From positions 160,001 through 224,000 of the forward strand of contig JBFWJC010000001.1 in assembly GCA_050253415.1 (NCBI GenBank): a stretch of 64,000 nucleotides of DNA, given 5' to 3'. The translations under genes and the position numbers were made by a program. How positions within the stretch are numbered: position 1 is the stretch's first letter; each line of letters starts with the position of its first letter. This document shows positions 60,226-64,000 of this stretch, in pieces. The notes under the pieces were generated by a model. That model was not told where the DNA came from. It was given only the letters and a program-made list of their open reading frames with translations, and did not search any database. This DNA comes from Pedobacter sp. (GTDB lineage Bacteria; Desulfobacterota; Desulfuromonadia; Desulfuromonadales; Syntrophotaleaceae).

Positions 60226-61530
60226 TCAGGACTGCAGATATGCTGTAATGCTGTCAGCGATCTTTTGGAAAATACCGGTAAATTCTTTTTCGTCGCGCTC
60301 CAACAATGTGATGCGGAAACCCTGTTCCTTGGTGCAGAAGGAAGATAAAGGGACCACACAGATACCGGTCGAAGCAAGTAGATAGTACACGAAACGCTTA
60401 TCCAGAGATACCCCCGGTTGATTGACCATACTCTCAACCAGTGTACGAACCTTGGTGTTTTCGATAGGGAGCGTCTGTTGATGTGTAAGCAATTCGGTCT
60501 TGATTACGACACTCATATAAAAAGCACCGTTGGTACGATTGACTTTGATACCAGGGACTTCTTTTAGAACCTCGTAAGCGATATTGGAATTGTTTTCGTA
60601 ACGCGCTCTCCGCTGATCGAGATACGCCGGATATTCCGGGTGTTCAAGGATGCGGGGTATCGCTTTTTGGGGCAATGTAGTGGAACAGACCTCGACCATC
60701 TTGGCGTTCAGGATACTCTGTACATACCGTTTAAAAACAGGATCCCGGTCGGCATTATAGACTTCGATCCAGCCGCAGCGTGCTCCGGGCCAGGGCACTT
60801 CCTTGCTGATGCCACGCAGAGCCATTCCAGGAAGATCGCCGATGAGATCGGATAACGGCTTCGTGGATTGTCCATTATAAACAATATTCAGGTAGACCTC
60901 GTCACAGATCACAAACAGATCGTACTCCCGGGCAATGGCGATCATCTCCCGCAAAATACGCTCCGGATAGACCGACCCGGTCGGATTATCGGGATTGATA
61001 ATCAGTATGCCGGAAATAGCCGGGTTATACTTCACCGACAACCGCAAATCGTCCAGGTCCGGATACCAGTTGTTATCGGGGTCCAAACGGTAGGAAATCG
61101 GCCGCTGACCGGCATGAGCTGCTTCGGCCGATGAGTGGGTGGAATAGGTCGGCGATGGTCCAATAACCCGCGCCTCGCGGCGCAGAAATCCGTAAACCTT
61201 CTGAATGGCGTCGCCAAGGCCGTTGAAAAAGAGAATATCTTCCGCCGTGATTTGCGCCTTGCCGCGCTTATTTGTCCGTTCCGCCAGAAACTCGCGCGTC
61301 TCCAACACTCCCTTGGTCGGGCAATAACCGTAAGTACAATCCTCCATGACCAATTCGGCAACCAGTTGTTTCATCCACTTGGGGATTTTTTCTCCCTTCG
61401 CTACCGGATCACCGATATTTTCCATATTGGTCTTGATACCCATACGCTGGAGAGTCTCGGCAATCTCCACGATCGCCCGAATCTCATAGGTCAACTCACC
61501 TGCGCCTATATGTACGATATCGTTTCTCAT
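60226..61530 (-). CDS. Class I/II PLP aminotransferase, AlaA (alanine transaminase)-like
   Basis: LTYEIR, NIGDP, INPDNPTG, DEVY, GISK (PLP Lys), PGARCGW, GAFY. Confidence 0.85.
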   Translation of the reverse strand: MRNDIVHIGAGELTYEIRAIVEIAETLQRMGIKTNMENIGDPVAKGEKIPKWMKQLVAELVMEDCTYGYCPTKGVLETREFLAERTNKRGKAQITAEDILFFNGLGDAIQKVYGFLRREARVIGPSPTYSTHSSAEAAHAGQRPISYRLDPDNNWYPDLDDLRLSVKYNPAISGILIINPDNPTGSVYPERILREMIAIAREYDLFVICDEVYLNIVYNGQSTKPLSDLIGDLPGMALRGISKEVPWPGARCGWIEVYNADRDPVFKRYVQSILNAKMVEVCSTTLPQKAIPRILEHPEYPAYLDQRRARYENNSNIAYEVLKEVPGIKVNRTNGAFYMSVVIKTELLTHQQTLPIENTKVRTLVESMVNQPGVSLDKRFVYYLLASTGICVVPLSSFCTKEQGFRITLLERDEKEFTGIFQKIADSITAYLQS

Positions 61531-61590
61531 GAATTACCTTAAGCCCCTTCGCCATACCTCGGTTAACTTGAAAAGAAATTAAATCCAAAT

Positions 61591-61625
61591 AAAAAAAGCC
61601 ATGAGCTTCCCCAGCCCATGACCTT
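61591..61625 (-). terminator. Intrinsic terminator in the aminotransferase leader (attenuator)
   Basis: - strand GGTCATGGGCT-GGGGA-AGCTCATGGCT followed by a T run, about 60 nt upstream of the ATG. Confidence 0.75.
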
Positions 61626-61654
61626 ACTGCACGGTGTCCCTACTTAACGGGATT

Positions 61655-61756
61655 TCAGACAGCAAGACAACGAGCTTCCCTGCGGTTTTTGGCCGCGGTG
61701 CCCATCGCTCGTGCTGCCTCTGCCGGAACCGGCAGTGGATCCCAGTGGTAAGTCAT
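61655..61756 (-). CDS. Putative Ala-rich leader peptide (33 aa) MTYHWDPLPVPAEAARAMGTAAKNRREARCLAV
   Basis: TAGGAGGT RBS about 6 nt upstream of the ATG; 8 of 33 codons are Ala; lies between promoter and terminator. Confidence 0.65.
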   Translation of the reverse strand: MTYHWDPLPVPAEAARAMGTAAKNRREARCLAV

Positions 61757-61781
61757 TGGTTTACCTCCTATTACTTCCCGT

Positions 61782-61810
61782 TGGTTAACACAGCTAAAGA
61801 TAAAAGTCAA
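61782..61810 (-). promoter_or_regulatory. Sigma70-type promoter for leader + aminotransferase
   Basis: - strand TTGACT-N17-TAACCA, with TG just upstream of the -10. Confidence 0.5.
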
Positions 61811-61894
61811 TCCCCACAGCTTGTAAAGCGGTTGGTTTAAGGATTCATTTCATGCTATAAAGAGTGCTTATTTCTCAAGGAGATAACTACCGAT

Positions 61895-64000
61895 ATGAAC
61901 CTAAGACGTTGGTTAAAAATGGCCCTTCTCAGTTTCCTGGGGCTTTTCCTGGCTGGGTGCCTGGCACTTGGTGCCTCCTATATGATGGTATCGGCCTCAT
62001 TGCCGAAGGTCGACACCTTGGCAGATTATAGCCCCCCTATCGTAACGACCATCTATAGTGACGACGCACAAATTATCAGCGAATTTGCCCAGGAACGCCG
62101 GATTCTTGTCCCCATCGCCAAAATTCCACGTCAGTTGGTGCAAGCTTTCGTTGCCGCTGAAGATTCCAAATTCTTTCAGCATCGCGGCATCGACCTGATA
62201 TCGATTACGCGGGCCGCCATCAAAAATATGCTGGCGGGGGGAATTCGCCAGGGTGGCAGCACGATTACGCAACAGGTAGCTAAAAGTCTGCTTTTGACGC
62301 CTGAGAAAAAATTTTCCCGTAAATTCAAAGAAGCCATTCTTGCCTGGCGAATGGAACAAAAACTTTCCAAAGAGGATATTCTTTTCCTGTATCTGAACCA
62401 GATTTATCTGGGACATGGCGCTTACGGTGTGCAGGCGGCGGCTGAAAATTACTTTGGCAAAAATGTCGATGCGTTAACGCTGGAAGAATGCGCCATACTG
62501 GCGGGCTTGCCCCAGGCCCCAAGCCGCTACTCCCCCTTTCGTCATTATGACAAGGCAAAAAACAGGCAAACCTATGTACTCAGCCGCATGGTCGAAGACG
62601 GTTACATCACTCGTCAACAAGCGGATGAAGCTGGCGCAAAGAAAGTCACCATTCAGCCGCGCAACGATCGACAGATTGCCGGGGCCGCCTATTTTACCGA
62701 ACAGGTTCGCCGCTATCTGGAAGAACAGTATGGCTCTGAAATCATAAATACCGGCGGTCTGAAAGTTTATACGACCATGAATGTGGCCATGCAGCAGGCA
62801 GCACAACTGTCTGTGCAAGCCAACCTTATCCAACACGACCTCCGCTGTGGCTACCGTGGCCCATTGCGTATCCTTGACGCCAAGCAAGAGGCAGCCTTTC
62901 TGTCCAAACAGGATGAAATCTATTCTCAAGCCCCTGCCGAAAAATCTGTTGTCGAAGGAGTTCTGGTCGGAGCCAAGGGCAATAACGCCCAGGTGCGTAT
63001 TGGCCGTTTTACTGGAAATCTGCCCCTCGACAAGGGAGGCCTGGCCAATAAATTGCGTGTGGGCCCCCGGGGACAAACGGTAAAACGCAGTAAAGAGCGT
63101 GCTCTGACATTACCGGTAGGCTCGGTACTACAGGTCAAGATTGAAAATAATTCGCCTGAAGGTCTGATTTTTTCCCTTTACCAGGAACCAGCTGCGCAAG
63201 GCGCCTTTATCGTTCTTAATCCCCATTCGGGGGAAGTCAAAGCGTTGGTGGGCGGTTATGATTTCGCCCAGAGCCAGTTCAATCGCGCCATCCAGGCACG
63301 CCGTCTGCCAGGCTCAGCTTTCAAACCACTTATTTACGCTGCGGCATTGGACAAGGGTTATACGCCCGCGACAATTATGCTGGACACCCCGATTATCTAT
63401 CGTGAACAAGGGGAGGATGGTACCGAAACGGAATGGAAGCCGAAAAACTATGCCGAGAACTTCACCGGAGTCACCACTCTGCGCCAAGCCTTGGCCCATT
63501 CCTACAATGTGGTTACCGTAAAAATGCTGCAGGATATCGGGGTCGGCTATGCCATCAATTATGCAAAAAAACTTGGCATCGAATCCCCCTTGAATCGTGA
63601 TCTGACCCTGGCATTGGGCTCCTCCGCTGTATCGCCGATGGAACTGGCCAGAGCCTATTGCGTCTTTGCCAATGGTGGGGTACTCATCAGACCGGTGTAT
63701 ATCACGCGCGTGGTAGATCGCTATGGAAAAATTCTGGAATCCACGGATCCCGCCGATTTCCCCGCGGGCCCCGGTCCTGGACAGAAGTTGATACAGCAAT
63801 CGCCGCAACGGGTCCTCTCGCCGGAAACCGCTTATCTGGTTACCAATCTGCTCGAAAGCGTGGTGAAGGACGGCACCGGTTATCGGGCCCGGGCTCTACA
63901 GCGCTCTGTGGCATGTAAGACGGGGACCACCAACGATCAGAAAGATGCCTGGTTTGTCGGTTACAGTCCGCGACTGCTGGCCGTTTCCTGGGTGGGATAC
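61895..64000 (+). CDS. mrcA: Penicillin-binding protein 1A (bifunctional TG/TP), 3'-truncated by window edge; absent from the ORF track
   Basis: AAGGAG RBS; N-terminal TM; AAEDSKFFQHRGID, QGGSTITQQVAK, RKFKE, YLNQIYLG; PGSAFKP (SxxK), SYN, KTGT. Confidence 0.95.
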   Translation, partial: MNLRRWLKMALLSFLGLFLAGCLALGASYMMVSASLPKVDTLADYSPPIVTTIYSDDAQIISEFAQERRILVPIAKIPRQLVQAFVAAEDSKFFQHRGIDLISITRAAIKNMLAGGIRQGGSTITQQVAKSLLLTPEKKFSRKFKEAILAWRMEQKLSKEDILFLYLNQIYLGHGAYGVQAAAENYFGKNVDALTLEECAILAGLPQAPSRYSPFRHYDKAKNRQTYVLSRMVEDGYITRQQADEAGAKKVTIQPRNDRQIAGAAYFTEQVRRYLEEQYGSEIINTGGLKVYTTMNVAMQQAAQLSVQANLIQHDLRCGYRGPLRILDAKQEAAFLSKQDEIYSQAPAEKSVVEGVLVGAKGNNAQVRIGRFTGNLPLDKGGLANKLRVGPRGQTVKRSKERALTLPVGSVLQVKIENNSPEGLIFSLYQEPAAQGAFIVLNPHSGEVKALVGGYDFAQSQFNRAIQARRLPGSAFKPLIYAAALDKGYTPATIMLDTPIIYREQGEDGTETEWKPKNYAENFTGVTTLRQALAHSYNVVTVKMLQDIGVGYAINYAKKLGIESPLNRDLTLALGSSAVSPMELARAYCVFANGGVLIRPVYITRVVDRYGKILESTDPADFPAGPGPGQKLIQQSPQRVLSPETAYLVTNLLESVVKDGTGYRARALQRSVACKTGTTNDQKDAWFVGYSPRLLAVSWVGY

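Noticed and set aside
61591..61775. Known riboswitch or T-box in the aminotransferase leader
   Set aside because: No T-box (TGGNACC) antiterminator bulge next to the terminator and no lysine/glycine/SAM aptamer consensus seen by eye; an Rfam scan is still needed.

Overview
GC-rich bacterial chromosomal window. Gene content and order (TupA, REC-PilZ protein, Dif-like MCP-CheW-CheA beside thiL/lon, atpZ-atpI, CODH with an RcoM-type sensor) suggest a Desulfuromonadales (Pelobacter/Syntrophotalea/Geobacter-like) organism; this is inferred, not proven. The left half (~1-32 kb) is patchy and accessory. It holds a U32-family gene, an rcoM-cooS-cooC-cooF-FNOR-nikMN(-kefC-like) CO-oxidation locus, fdhD, a SLOG-like protein, two odd chemoreceptors, orphan otsB, histidine kinase and tupA, nifU-nifS, a papain-type autotransporter, a decayed GT2/LAB_N/ArnT operon and a sodium:solute symporter. 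The right half is mostly housekeeping: an ABC exporter pair, Gx/NusG-II/ApbE, rimO, yajQ, lolA, cheA-cheW-mcp, thiL, lon, NRDE, tehB-like, hldD, a JAB-DinG helicase, doxX, iscU-like, a BCAM0308-archease-rtcB operon, orphan atpZ-atpI, HD-GYP, an AlaA-like aminotransferase and a partial PBP1A. The most notable unannotated signals are (1) an Ala-rich 33-codon leader ORF with terminator/antiterminator upstream of the alanine aminotransferase-like gene (candidate alanine attenuator), (2) the RtcR-less BCAM0308-archease-RtcB RNA-repair operon with a CTAG-flanked MITE-like insert, and (3) ~21-bp-phased repeats upstream of cooS. No tRNA, rRNA, CRISPR array or transposase was seen.
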